Of a stretch of DNA of 64,000 bases, positions 23,401 through 38,400 are shown in pieces. The position numbers and the translations under genes were made by a program. The stretch comes from Antedon mediterranea (lineage: Eukaryota > Animalia > Echinodermata). Under the pieces are notes generated by a model. It was not told the origin of the DNA. It was given only the letters and a program-made list of their open reading frames with translations, and did not search any database. The DNA is taken from NCBI RefSeq assembly GCF_964355755.1, contig NC_092679.1, positions 6,292,201 to 6,356,200 on the forward strand, read 5' to 3'. Within the stretch, counting starts at the first letter, position 1; each line of letters begins with the position of its first letter.

Positions 23401-26400
23401 ACAAAACTTAAACCCATTGTTAATGTAATCCAAGTACAATCATCACACCAAGTTGTCAAACTTCGAATGTAGGCCCCTGGGCTTATACTCGGTCATAGGA
23501 CATAATTGAGTGTGATTTTCTTACCTGTATCATGTGGTTGCTGGTTTGCTATGTCTGTTATTGCTTGCTGTGCTCTGGCTTTACATATTGGTTCATATTC
23601 CTGTAAGAAAAAAATTAATGTATTTTTCTATCTTTATTAACTTTCAAATAAATATAGAACTAGAAAGGCACTCCAAAAGTGCATACCTCCGCCTACTGTA
23701 AAATTCTCTTACATAAGATTTCTATGGACAAATATTTATATCTTTGTGAGTGTCTTAATGCTGTGTGTGATTTAGGCTAATTTCACTACAAGCATGTGTA
23801 TGCGACTCCGAGTTTGGTGTAAAGGTTATGTAACCAGCCAAAAACAAACGGGTGAATTTGAAAAAGAATCAGGTTTTTTAAAACTACTCGTATCAAAAAA
23901 CCTGAACATTAAACCAAATTATGCTTCCAAATTACAAATCACAAATTATAACTCTTATCTCTTGCACAAAAATGAAGTTTTTTGGACAAGTAGTTTTCGA
24001 GAAAATGCAATTTTAGTTTACTTGTTACTTTAAGACTGCTCGCTGGCTATTGGAAATTCTGTCCTATCTTTTAACACTAACAGTTCTGAAAAAAAATACT
24101 AAAAAGTGGTCCAGAATTGGGACCGTGTTCCGAATTGCCTAAAAAATTTAATGAAGTGGTCCTTGACCGCATATCTATCTGTATTTTCATTTTGGTAAAG
24201 ATATTGCAATAAGTTTTTAAGTAATCCTGCTAACAAACAATCAATTACATATACTGTATCTCTTTGGCGGAGGTAAAATATACTTTTTAATAACAGTTTG
24301 ACTTTCTGTGACCTCTACAAACCCAGACTACTGATCACAAGCAAAACGAGTTGTGTGCACTCATGCATGACACTTATACAGTAACAGCGTATCCATGTTC
24401 CAGTGAGTAGCATGTTACGTTCAAATTTGAATTGATGTGTCGAAATAAATTAAGATTGGTATCCTGTGAGTCAAACGTTTCATTGTGACAGTCGTCTCTG
24501 GCAGTTTAATTAAAACAAGGTTTATGTGACATTCTGCGGTCTCATTACCATAGTAAAAAATTGATAAATTGTGAAACTGACTAACTGTACTATTTCTTTT
24601 TGTAGTTTTACCTTGGGCCAATGCCGAATTACTCTACTGCAGTTACTGCAGTAACCCCATTTTGTTTACAATTTAACCTGCTTATGCAATTATAAAAAGT
24701 CTTTCTCTCTCCGACATTCACAGGGTTTCACAGATTAAAAAATGGTTCAATAATGAAATCTGTTATTAATAATTTCTTAAGATTATTATTTAATTTGTTC
24801 AATTCTGGGGCATATTGTCAGGTGACAAGAACTCAACGTAATGAAAGCCGTCAAGTAAGGACATGAATTGACACAATTAGTTAACAATACTGAAACATAA
24901 TTAATCTGAATAGAAGTAAACACAGAAAAAGTGAAAAACACCAGTCTGGATGTCTCTGGTTTTGACCACCGTAAGGCGACACACACGGTATTGACCCTGT
25001 TAAAAGCTCAATTGATATTGGCATGCAATTGCTGGTAGAAATTGTATTTTGAACAATAAGGAGTCAAATTGGGTCCCTGTCACATCAACCACACTGCAGT
25101 TTTTTGATTATTAATCTACATAATTTAAAATTCGTCAATAAATATTAATTTTTTAAGCTTTTTTATTAAGATTTATTTTTTAATGTTTTTTTTCATTTCA
25201 AATTATTGAAATTTCTTCAGAGTGAAAAACAACTTTAAAATCTATAAAGTGTTTATAGTTTTGATACTGTTATTTTTTTTATATGAATATTAAGAACCTA
25301 TTTGTGGACATAACTTGTTCATTTAAAAACTTTATTTTTATATTCGATGTTTGCTGGCAACATTAACTACAAATGTGAATACTCAGTCTATTTCAATATT
25401 TGATTATATTTTGTTCACTTTGGCACTTCATACTTTTGGGAATTATAAAACAAACATTTACTCAAACAACTCCTTCACAACTTGGGAAAAACTGTTCAAA
25501 GCAATTATAACAAATAATCACCCAATTTTTTACCTCCCATCCCATGTGCAGATGATCCCTCAGGAATCCATACTTCCAAAAGGAATCCCACTGACCTAGA
25601 GGATATATCCATCTGTCAAACAATCTAATTAGAAACTATAGTATGTCATCAACGAGTGCAGATGTCTAGACTAGTACGGGGAATAATAATGCGGGGGAGA
25701 GAGTTTGTTATAAAAAAATAATTTAAAAAATAAATAATAAAAATTATGCTTTCTTTGTAAAGCCAATTGATGAATATAAAAATGATATTTCATGTTAAAT
25801 GTTTATGTTTTTCATATCAGGTTTAAAAATAAAATATGTATTTATTGTCTTTTTATGTTAGTCCACCGGTCGGCGCTTGAATTTTTGGCTGAAAATATGA
25901 AATTGTGAGCTCAAGTATTATATGTATGAAATGCTATATGTGTCAAAATATCTTAATTTCGGTCTAGAACCTAGACATGGTTTAATGTACTCTATCTCAT
26001 TTTTCAACTGCAAATTTGTTTGTCAAATTTATTTATTTTGTATATCTTTTCCATAGTAGTAATACAGTATTGTCTTGTTGCTCTTCTTGTTTTTAGGTAT
26101 ATGCCTACTTCATTCTGGGCCATAATAAATAATTTTCAAAATGCTGCCAAGTCTGCTTAATGAATTCACAATTTCATTTAAAAATTGTTTATTATCTCTA
26201 TTCACATACCGTATGTTATAATGTATCTTATCCTACATGATACAGTCACTTGCTGGACATGACTTAAGTACACCAAGACAGATTAAGTCATTATACACTT
26301 TCAACTTAAATTCTTTCGTGTGCGGTATGCTCTACAACTTTCCTTATTGGTCAATAATAAAGAATTATAATCCAATTATAAAATATTCCAGCTGATTAGG

Positions 26401-29400
26401 ATCATAAACCAATAGACATCTGCATCTGATTCAAAGATGTCATTGTACGAAATTTAAACTTTCAGAGATCTTTATATTAGTTGTTTCCTGGCGTCTATTA
26501 TCGGTAAAATGCAATGGTAGAAATAAGCCACACGTAGTTACCAAATACACATTTTGAAATTATAAAACGTGATAACATAGTTCAAAGAAAGCTGTGGTGG
26601 AGCAGTTTTTGGAATGCTTCATATCATTTGGGGGAAATTAGGCAAGGATGAAAAGTGCTCTAAGTTCATGGCTTTTGTTCTAACCACACGGCCTCAGGGG
26701 TTATTTGGCACAGGAGACCCCCCTTAATACCAACCATGAAACAATGAGTAATTACTCAATCATCACCATTCTCAGAGTGTATATCCCACTAATATGCAAA
26801 TTCATTCATACGCGAAAATTTACTTGCGCTAATAATAGATGAAACCGCTTACAAATAAACCCCAAAGGAAGAGGTGACAAATAAAAGCAATGTGTGGATT
26901 TTAGTTTGTCAAGACTTTACGCTGTAGAGAGGATGTTTGTGTGGATCCAGAGTACAGTGGCTACAATGTGATTCTACAACAAGATGCCCCAATAGAAGGA
27001 GGATTGAAGATCACCTAGCAAACTCTGGAGTACACACAAACCTGCGTTTTGTAAGGCATGTACAGTACTCCTGTTTGTGTAAACTCTTAGACGTTAGTTA
27101 ATTCCCATCATTTGATTGGACAATTGTGGGTCACATGCCGTGCAATAATACGTACTATTAAACGATCATTTAATAGTACTTTTTAAACATTTTTGTGCAC
27201 GAAAAAAAACGTTTCACCTCATGCCATTATTTTTACCATTACACTCATAAACATGCATTATTTGTATAATATTACATAGATTTTATAACATAAGATATCC
27301 CATTCAAATAAAACCAACTAGATGGTACGCTCGCGTACCATCTAGGTCGTGCCCACAGATGGTTCTCGAATACACAGTAATTTCAGCGTAACAAAACTGG
27401 CGATTTCAAATATATATATATATAATACATTGTCGTTTACAGAAACGAATAAATAGACACGATGATTTATGTAGTCAACTAAAATTAGCACCCTGGGAAT
27501 TACTTCCGAAGGAGAAACTTATCAAAATGAGTCCAAATTTTTGATTTGGACTCATTTAAAGAAACCCAATTTGTGTTTTGTATGTAAGATTAGGGTTGAG
27601 GGATGGGAAAGCGGATAGGTACAAAGAGGAACAATTTTAAAATATATTCTTTATCCACTCAGTAACGAAATATTTTTTTTATGTTTTATAGGCCTATAAA
27701 TAATATATCTCTAAATACAGTAAAACATTTGCGATGTAATACTTTGTTAAAACTGTCACTGTCATAATCGATTGAAATATTAAAGTACATGTCACGATAC
27801 ACCACTACGACGTTTATATTTTTGGTAATTATTAATTAATACAAACGTTGAGAAGGAACTGTCAGTATAAAGTTTATTTGTATATAATAATGTGTTTATA
27901 TATCTAACAGTAGAGCCTATCCACAATCTCAGTAATAAAGTTTATTTGTATATATTTTTATATTACATCTAACAGTACGAACATTCACAGTAAGAAATGT
28001 TCGATTCAAATGAGGACCAAAAATAGTTAATAGGTATTTACAGTATTGTCAAAGTATTGCAAGTTTATTCTCAAAGGGCCCATATATTTACCTACCGTAT
28101 GTGTTAAACCAAGGGCTCATAAATTTACCTACTTGTGTTAAACCAAACTCTGGCAGACTGAGAGATTGGGATGTTCCATTCATCGCAAATCAATACATTT
28201 GTATAATCGTATCTATCAAAATAGTATTTTTTAAAGAAAATCGGCCTGTCTTCAACATTATGATGCTGTACTCTAGCTGTTCAACCGGTTTTCAGCTATT
28301 AAAAACAATTATCGTAGGAGGAGATAGGAAAATGCGAAGCCTCCTCGCATTTTTGTGGCGGGTATTTTTCAAGATGGACATCCATCAGACAGTGTATACC
28401 ACGATCGGAAAACACCCCTATTTGGGGCAAATCGTTGAACCTAAATTCGTTTTAATCGTCAATAACTAATTATCTAACTTAATTTAATTAGTAAACAGGG
28501 TTACATCAGGTGGTTAAAATCAGTACCGAAAGTACGAACCAACTTTATATACCATCGAGTAAAAATTGTAGAAGTAAGGCGCGATTTACCGAATTCTGCC
28601 CTTACGTAAATTTATATATAGATGCCAGATTCTATGTAACTTAATGAGTCTAAACAAAGGGTGGTTATTTTTTTTTAACACCAATAACTGTGTTTATTGT
28701 AAAATTTGCTCAGCTTGCTTTGGTGGACCTTCAGAAGGAATAGGGGCATAGACAAGATGAACACAACCAAAGGCAATTATCTGTTTCCAAGTTTCAATTC
28801 AAACTGGAATTTATATTGAGACTCACTAAACTTTCAATTCAATTCAAAATTCTTTGATCATCCCACATGGGGCAATTCAAATAAAAAGGTCTGGATTAAA
28901 ATGATCTTACAAATAAATACAAAATATCACAATACACAGATGACATTATAACAAAAAGACAATACTTTGCACTAAAGGGTTTAGGGAAGAATAGCTAAAT
29001 ATTAGCAGTATTGGATAACATCATACTATTAGTTTGTTGATGGCATTGGGAAACATCAATGTATGCTGTATTAGGGAAGTAATAATACATTACTATGGCG
29101 TATATACAAGAATGACTTGTCACATTAAAGCCATCCCGGCCACGATCGACACAGATCTATTTATAAGCATGCTGTAAAAAAACCCAAAACCTGTTATTTT
29201 TCTCTCTCGTTTTGCCAATCTACCGGCTATCCCTCGAGGCAATGATTTACTTGTCTTTTCTGACTGATATCTAATTTACAGGTCAACCGATTTCTTGTGA
29301 TTGGGGTTACTATGGTGACCCTTTGATGTATTCACCTGTCTTTAACATGTGCTTATTTTTAACCTAGGTTCTATCACCACATCCAGACGATATACATGTC

Positions 29401-32400
29401 AATTAAATAACTGTGTCAATATAGTATTCATACAAGTATGACAGATCTGGTGATGCATAACTATTTCAATAACGCTGATTACGCTTAATACACAATATCA
29501 ACAGCAATGAGTCGCATTGAGACAGAATTGTAATAGTCACCAAACACTGAATATACAGTATACATTTTGAGTTGAAATGAGGAATACTGTATAGAACTAG
29601 TGTAAAGCTCTGTCTACAGTATCAAACTAGTTTGACAAAAAAGTGTAATATTCCCAAATATGGTAGTGATATTCTCAAATATGGTAATGATATGACATCA
29701 TCACACATTTTTTTATCACATAAAAGTAGTGTAGACCAAGCTTAATACACTGTGGGCTACTATACATAGTTCATTTTGTCTGTCCATTGAGGTATACCTC
29801 TGATTTAACAATGATTTATCCAAGTTGATTAAAAAGCCTGATATAATATGGAATAAAGGAAGCGTTTTTGTTCTACATCAAGCATTTCTGCATCTTTACC
29901 AATGATAATTATGGAGTGACTGGCCGTGGTCTTTCACTATGCTACTTGGTACTAACTTAGTGCATTAATCCCTTTGTAGGTTTATGAAGCTATACTAAAG
30001 CTCTGTCTACACTATCAAACTTTATGTGACAAATAAATGTGATGTGCCTATAAATGGACATGATGATGTCAAATCACTCCCATATTTAACAATACTACCA
30101 TATTTGGGCACATCACAGTTTTTTGTCAAACTAATAGATAGTGTAGACAGAGCTTCAATGAAGCTATACTCACTTTGACAAAAATTCTCTTCTTTTAGAA
30201 AATATTATTATTTAAAAAAATGTTTAATAATAACATTATCACAGTTTTCACGTCAAGTATACAGGTAGGCAACATTAAAATTGAATTCAATTGGTCCCAT
30301 TACGCAAAATGTTGTTATCATTTATATCAGGCCAAGTGGACCGTAATTGTAATGTAACATGATAATATTAATATCATTAAAGGCAGAAGTTTCATACAAA
30401 GGGATCTTTATCAGGAAAAGAATCAAAATTTACAGATTAAATCTTGCGATTTGGGAATATATTATTTAAACAGCAGCTGTTTAAGCACAAGTTAACTACT
30501 CAGGTTTGTGTTGTTTTAATAAAATTATTTTAGATATTCTCAGTGGAGTTGGCTTATTAGTTTACATGTATCAGATTATTCCATGGCTAAGAAGATAAAA
30601 CATCTTCTAATAGCCGATTCTGTAGAGATACATACTGTATTATTATGTTGTAAATAAAATGTAACAGGCAAAAAAGTTATTTCTAGGTTGCTATTTATGT
30701 GAAGTGTAATTAATTACAGGTAAAATGAAGTATAGTGAAATCATTATCAGAAAAATATAATTATATTACTCTGATAAAGGTTCATATTTAATAAATCATC
30801 TAGGTTCTTTGAGCACCTTTGGTGACAAAGTGTGCTATATATTATTATTATTTCTTAACATAAATGTAAACATTCTTTATTTAAGTACACATCATCTCCT
30901 TCATGTTTAAACAATATGTGATGGCTATTGTGTTTTAAACATTCACCAAGGTCACGCATGAGTAACATCACAAACCACATGAATTCTCACACAAGAGAGC
31001 ATTCTATGTTTGAGACAGGAATCATGGCTGACTCGTAAGGGCAATTCCCACAGCTGCTATGAAGTGTGACTAACAAAAAAATAACCAATCTCTTGTGATG
31101 CTTGGCGTCAGAGTATGGACACATTTATCACAATGGAAATTATGAGTGTGTACGTACACTTACTGTATGACAGAAAACATAAATAATAAAATGTAAGCAT
31201 TGTTTAAAAGATTGACTAAATAATTAACTTAACTCATCATTTTATTTTGAAAAATTATGATTGTACATTTAAATTAATATTTCGAACATGTAAGCATTGC
31301 TGTGAGTCTATTGTTTAAAAGATTGACTAAATAATTAACTTAACTCATCATTTTATTTTGAAAAATTGTGATTGTACATTTAAATTAATATTTCGAACAT
31401 TCTAGCTTTCTGATCGTCAATTTTAGATGATGGCAAGTTCAATTCCCACATTAGTCACATTACTCGAGGCTTTCGGACAGTTGTTCTTCTTCACCCAGGA
31501 GGATAAATTGGTACTTGCTAGGATGTGGTCAATTTATTAGATATTTAATGTACAATGAAAATACTATTGGGATTCGTGTTTGTTCAATATCACTTGGTCA
31601 TTTTGCTGTAAAAATGTCATTTGGAATTACCTCAAAGAAAAATTAAACAGTGTGAATGAATATTTCAGGTTAATAACGTTTCAGATCATATAAAATTTTG
31701 TTTTAATTTTTAACGAATGCAATCAAAATATACTTGTATTTGACTTGACGTACGGATATGCTGCGATTTGCTTCGTTCGTATCAAATCAGATAGACGATG
31801 ATTTGATTTGATCTTTAACCTTTACTTATGATCTTTAAACTCAATAATATTTACTGATTGTTTGACTTAATTTCAGACTAATGGCCCCAACAAACTTTTT
31901 TCCTTTATCTAACAGTTTGCCATTTCTAGCACACTTCAATTCAATGTATTGAGAGACTGCTTACTATACTGTATCAGAAGAATCATTATATTATTAACTA
32001 GAGGGTACTCCAAGAGTACAAACCTCCGCCTACTGTAAAATTCCCCTACATAAAATGCCCCCTGAATATTTTTTTTTTTTACATTTTGTTTTATTAGTTC
32101 TAAGTGTAAATATGTTAACTGCACACTACAAAGTTGTGGATGACAGTGTGGTGTAATGGTTATGTGTCCAGCCTCTCACAGTTGAGATCGCTGGTTCAAG
32201 TCCCACTGAGGGTTTTTTTTTTTTTATTATTTTTTTTTTTTTTTTTTTTTTTTTTTGTGGACCTTGATCTTTGACCCTGACCCTTCAAAATTTAACCACA
32301 ATTGTATGATGTGTCATTGATCATTGTGGCTAAGTTTGGTGAGAATCGGATCAAAACTGTGGTCTCTAGGCAGTAAAATAGTTTTTTGTTAGTTGTGACC

Positions 32401-35400
32401 TTGACCTATGACCTTTCCCCCTCAAATTCGAACTCGTCCGAGCTTTTTGGGCATAAATCATTGTGTCCAAATTTGGTTAGAATCGGATAAAAACTGTGGC
32501 CTCCAGGCTGTTCACAGACACACACAAAACACACAAACACACACACAAACACACAAACACACACACAAACATACAGGGGTGAAAACATAACCTCCTTGGC
32601 GGAGGTAATAAGAAGGTATATGTAGTGGATTAATGCTGGGACACAGGTTCAAATACAGTAGCTATTAAAAATACTGAATAAAAACTATGGTAACAAGACT
32701 TAATGGCTTTATCAAACCAAAACATATGAACATTAATGACAATATCTGGGTTGCCGATAAAAAACCCTGTTACGACATTTTACAGTTGGCTCAAAATCAA
32801 TTAAATTGAACTATATAAAAGCAATGGACACATCAGATTAAATTATCAGCTAATTAGCATACATTCATAATCCCATTATTACAGTATTCATATTTCAATT
32901 GATCATCAAACACATGTAGAATGCTTGAACAAGTTCCTCAATTGGTGTACCTACTGACAGCTCCGACACAGCTGTTAAAATTCAGCTACTTTTCATAGAA
33001 ATCAAATGTCACAAATTAACAACTTCATAAACTAGTAAAAAATGCCTAGAGATGAATTGATACTGGATAACCTATTGATAATTTAATGAAATATTTCAGT
33101 TAAATATGAATATAAGATTCAGACAATGAATTATTAAACCTAAGATAAGAAATTAAAAACACTCAGCAAACACCATCAAATACAGCAGTTGACTTATGTT
33201 TCAGGAACACTAACATGACCAAATTCACAGGGACACCAGTGTGCACTTTACTATTAATAATAAGCCCTTTATATTATCAAATACAACTACTGTACTACAC
33301 TACAAAATTCAAAACTGCAACAGACCTACAGAAAATACAGAACATAGCTTCTGACAGAATACTTTGGAAAAACTTCAGAAGTAAGCAGAGCGGCCTAGCG
33401 GGTAAAGTCAGTGGACTAAATACGGCAGAATGGCATTAAGTAAGTAAGTATCCCAATCATTTCTATATTATAAGAGGGAGATGAAGTATGTGTGTGTTAA
33501 GCTCTGTTTACACTAGCAAACTTTATGTGACAAAAAATTGTGATGTCCATATATGGTGATGATGTCATATCACTACTATTGGGAATATCACTACCATATT
33601 TGGGCACATCACACTTTTTTTGATAGTGTAGACAGAGCTTTAGCATCCACCATGGTGAATTCTAACCCATGTATGCATACACATTAGATATCAGAATGAC
33701 CTACTGGGAAGGTTTTAAGCTACTGTGCTTTGGGATCTAGTATGTTACTCAAAATGTGGTGTTTTGGGGTTAGTTAGGACCCCACTCTAGGGCATCAAAT
33801 CGTTACTAGTTGTGTAGAAAATTAAGACAAGTTTGGGCCCTGTCTACACCATCAATATATACATTTAATGTATAGTACAGTAGCTATAAACTTCATTTCA
33901 GTCCTACTTTACATGCTGTTTGTGGAAAGTAGTCTGCTAACAGTAAAAGATTCAGATTTTGATTCAGACTACATAGCAGATGTTCCTGGCCACCTGATAT
34001 ACAATATCCCAGAAGAATATTTAAATAAAATCATTTCTATAAATACTCTGAGTCATGTTAACAATTATGATAAAACAAAATCAAATTAGTAAAATGTTTT
34101 CCTAATTATATTTACAGATTTTAAACTGCAGCTGTACAATAGGGTTACATTGTACATATGCAACTTGGATTCTTAACAATACAAAATAATGCACTGTAGA
34201 TACAGTGTACAGTGATGAAAAGCAATCTACAAGTTGTTCTAGGTCTGAGACTTGAACAGATGCTCTGGAGATCCCTAGTCTGGAACTGTACTTCTAAACC
34301 ACTATGCTTGTGACTGATGACTAGGGTTAAAACTAAAGCTTAAAATTCTTTAACAAAAACAACATGGCTACAAACTTATCCTGTAAAAAAACTGCCTTTT
34401 ATAATTTACTTAAGATATTGATGAAAATATAAATTACTTACGACTAATTGCTGTTGAAATCCTTCATTTGGATTGATGCAAAACCTCTTCTGTTGGACAA
34501 TTTTAAATGCCTTTCTGCATACCGTAATAAAAAAAAATCAGTAATACAATTAAAAATAAAAGTACATTAAATAAAATTACCACCAAAAAAATGCAATTTT
34601 TTTCTTTATGTAATAATATAAGTAATCAATAATTGCCATTAATAAATTATCAATAATATAAGTAATCAATAATTGTAATTAATAAATTATCAATAATATA
34701 AGTAATCAATAATTGTAATTAATAAATTATCAATAATATAAGTAATCAATAATTGCCATTAATAAATTATCAATAATATAAGTAATCAATAACAATTGTA
34801 ATTGATCGATATAATAATAATGCAAGAAATTAAATTTTTTTTTTTCAATAAAATTAATCCATAAATTGTAATTGATTGATAAATAATCAATAATAAAAGT
34901 TATCAAAAAATTCTAATCAATCAATAAAGTTAGGTTTAAATTTTAAAATACCTGTAAGCAAGTCCATAAGTCTCCATTATGTATGCTATTACCAAAGCTG
35001 CACTGAAAACAAGAAGAGCACTTTCAATAATAAAAAAAATAAATAATGTCCATGAGACTAACAAATCTGGCAAAACTATCGTCAGTTTTTGCAGCATCTG
35101 TGACTGGTAACACCCTCTGAACCAGGTGCATTTAGCATTCAGACAGTTAGTTCTGTTCACCTATTTATACTGTACACATGGGTGATAAAATTACTTTACT
35201 TGACTTGATGAGAAAGGGACATACAGTAATACGGCCTGCTCAAAGCGGTCACTGAGATAAAACATCCCATATGGTGAAGAAAATAGACATACCAACACTT
35301 CCATTTTTAACCTATACTGTTCCATACTTAGCTACAAAAATATATATTATTTTTTATACATTACTACTAATTTTTAATGATTTGTGTTTAAAGGAACATT

Positions 35401-38400
35401 TCCTATTATTATTTAATGTATTGAGCTTCCTATTCAATAAATCAATTAAACGTAAATAATGCAATAACTTAATCAGTAATAATATATATCCTTTTAGATT
35501 GCTCTTGAGAAAGGCTAACATTTATCTTTTTCCTTCACAGTTTGTTATTCATTATGAACATTCTAACAGAAAAAGTCAGTTTTGTATTTGGTTAACCCAT
35601 ACAAATGCTAATGAATTGATTTCCAGTGGGGTACTAAAGAAGATAGGTTCAATAATTCAGACGACTCCTTCTGTTCAACTAACTACACTCTACAATATTT
35701 ATTCAATTTGGTATACTGTATAAAAACATACAAATATCAGTATTAAGGCTGAAAATTCATGTTATATTATACACAACAATATCTGCTTGCTTTGACTACA
35801 ACAAGTACAAGTAATAGTTAGTTTAGTTAAGTTTGGGTTAGTTAGTTAGTTAGTTTAGTTTAGTTTAGTTTAGTTTAGTTTAGTTTAGTTTAGTTTAGTT
35901 TAGTTTAGTTTAGTTTAGTTTGGTTTAGTTAGTTAGTTTAGTTTGGTTTAGTTAGTTAGTTAGTTTAGTTAGTTAGTTAGTTTAGTTTAGTTTAGTTTAG
36001 TTTAGTTTAGTTTAGTTTAGTTTAGTTTAGTTAGTTAGTTTAGTTTATTTTAGTTTAGCTTGGTTTAGTTTGGATAAGTTTGGTTTAGTTTAGTTAGTTA
36101 AGTTTAGTTTGGTTATATTAGTTAGTTTAGTTTGGTTTGGTCTAGTTTGGTTTAGTTAGTAAGTAAGTTAATTTAGTTTAGTTAGTTATAGACAACAAGT
36201 ACAAGTAATAGTTAGTTTAGTTAAGTTTGGGTTAGTTAGCTCCACTGCAATGGCAGAAGTCTTAAAATTATTTAGATTATTAACAGCATTAGTTATTTAT
36301 TAGAAACTTTTATTTTTGAAAAAGAAGAGAAAGTATATTACAATACTGATACCTTCTTGAAATACCAGCATTACCATGAACTAAGCACTTGCCATTGCCA
36401 CTCAAACAAACATCAATGAATTCTTTTACCTGAAAAGATGTAAAATAAATAATTTTCTAACATTTATAGTATAATCAGTAAATGTTGTGTAAGATTACTT
36501 TAAAGATATCATTATTGTCCCCCTGAAATTTAATTGTTTTTAAATTTGTTGTTGAATATGTCATTTTAATAGTAATTCACTTTGAAAATACTGGATCGAA
36601 AAACAAAAAAAATCATTTACCTGAAAAACCTACTAACGCAAAAAATACTTAAATTTTCTGTCAGACAATGAGTGTTTGGTTAAAATTAACTGTTTTGTAT
36701 TTTTGCAGAAAAGTTTAGGAGTCATCCATTTCTTTTAATGATCGATTGAAAAGTGGCTGAATTACAGAATGATTTACGGTGAGTGAGTGGCCGAGCGGTT
36801 AAGACAGTGGAACCGTAATCACGTAGCCATAACATCGGCAGGGGTTCGAGGCTCACTCACTCCATGGTTCTGGTGGTAGAACGAGTCTTCTCGGATAAGG
36901 ACTATAAACCGTAGGTCCAGTGTACACAACTTGCTCGTGTGCACTTTAAAGAACCTAGTACATCTTTCGAGACGAGTAGGGGGTTACCCCAGTGTATTAG
37001 TACATCACAGCCACTGATCACCAACTGGGCCCTCTGGGAGATCAGTCTTTGACTGAAGAGGCCACCCAGTATAAAGATAAAACAAACAAACAAAGAGGAA
37101 AAATGAAAATATCTATACGATCTAAAAAATGTAGGGAATGGGACAATATCATTTGGTAAATTAGCAAACTTTTAAAAAAAGACTATACAGTGAAATATCA
37201 CAGTCAGATTTTTTTGAAAGTTATTGACTTTGTTACTTGTGCCCTAAACATACAGGATCATGACAGACAGGAAGTGCTTCATGTGAAGAAAGGTAAACAT
37301 ACAGACAAAACTCAAGTTACCTCAAGAAGCAAGTTTACATAAAGTAAAAATAGATGACACACATCATACTTCTAACAGGGCAATTATGTTGAGAATGTGA
37401 TGAAATGAATGTGATATTTATTATCTCACACTTAAGGATACTTGTTACATTTCTAAATGTGGATTCTACTTCAAACCTATCAAGCACCTGAGTGCCATAG
37501 TTGGAGGACTTTGAAGAATTCTCAATCTACTTGATCCTATTTCAAATAAAATTCTTCTACCTAATGTACATTAGCCATTCTAATAATATTAACACCCCAC
37601 ACTATTAAGGTCTTTAACAACTATTTATTAAATCTAAAATAATATGTCAGAAAAGTGACAATATAAAGTATACATATTTCACAGGGGACAATAAATAGCT
37701 TTAAATAATAATCTTACTCAATGAGAGAAAATATTTTATTTAAAGTGTTTTGTTTTTTGCCAAGTTTTAGATATTTTGAATCTGTCAAATACAATTTTTC
37801 ATTATGTTTTTTTTAATGTGAATCAAATATTAAAGAAAATGATTCACTATATTATCTTTTGTGTTCCTGTTCTTTTCATTTGATGATTAATAGAAAAGTG
37901 GACGCTTAACAAAGACAGACGAAATGTCTACATATTATCTCCGATTTCATTTATGACGTAGCGAACATACTTCTTTTTACTGAGCATGCCCATAGCCTTC
38001 TTTTGTTTGTCCTTTATTGTTTTTTTTCTAAAGCCTTGTTCACACTGGTCATTGGAAATTTTGACAATTGTTCGCAAAAAATTAACTTTCAATTGTAGCC
38101 AATTTTCAGATTGGACTTTCCTTGGTCAATATAGCCGGCGAATAAATAACAGAAAGTTAAAGTATCAAAAGAATATAAGTGAACATTTAACTGTTATTTC
38201 ATTGAGTTAACCTTACAAATTGATACAATAGTGACTAACAACTTCACTGTTGACAACAACAGTTTAAACTGTATAATAAGAGTGGCTGTCCACGATCGAT
38301 CCCGAGGGACGGTGAAAGGAACTATCCCGAGGGCGAGTGGAGTGTTGGCCGGCAGCCACGATGATTGGCACGGTTCAACGTTTTATCATGTGATTGTAAA

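Noticed and set aside
32140-32213. tRNA gene
   Set aside because: A and B boxes are present, but the acceptor and anticodon stems do not pair properly.
35820-36190. Interstitial telomeric repeat
   Set aside because: The units are TTTAG/TTAG, not TTAGGG or TTAGG.
36353-36400. Inactivating mutation of a dual-specificity phosphatase (pseudogene)
   Set aside because: Cys-to-Gly in HGNAGISRS is the normal conserved state of STYX.
36778-36862. tRNA gene
   Set aside because: It is the head of a SINE that continues into a core and an (AAAC)n tail, with a second copy at about 59957.
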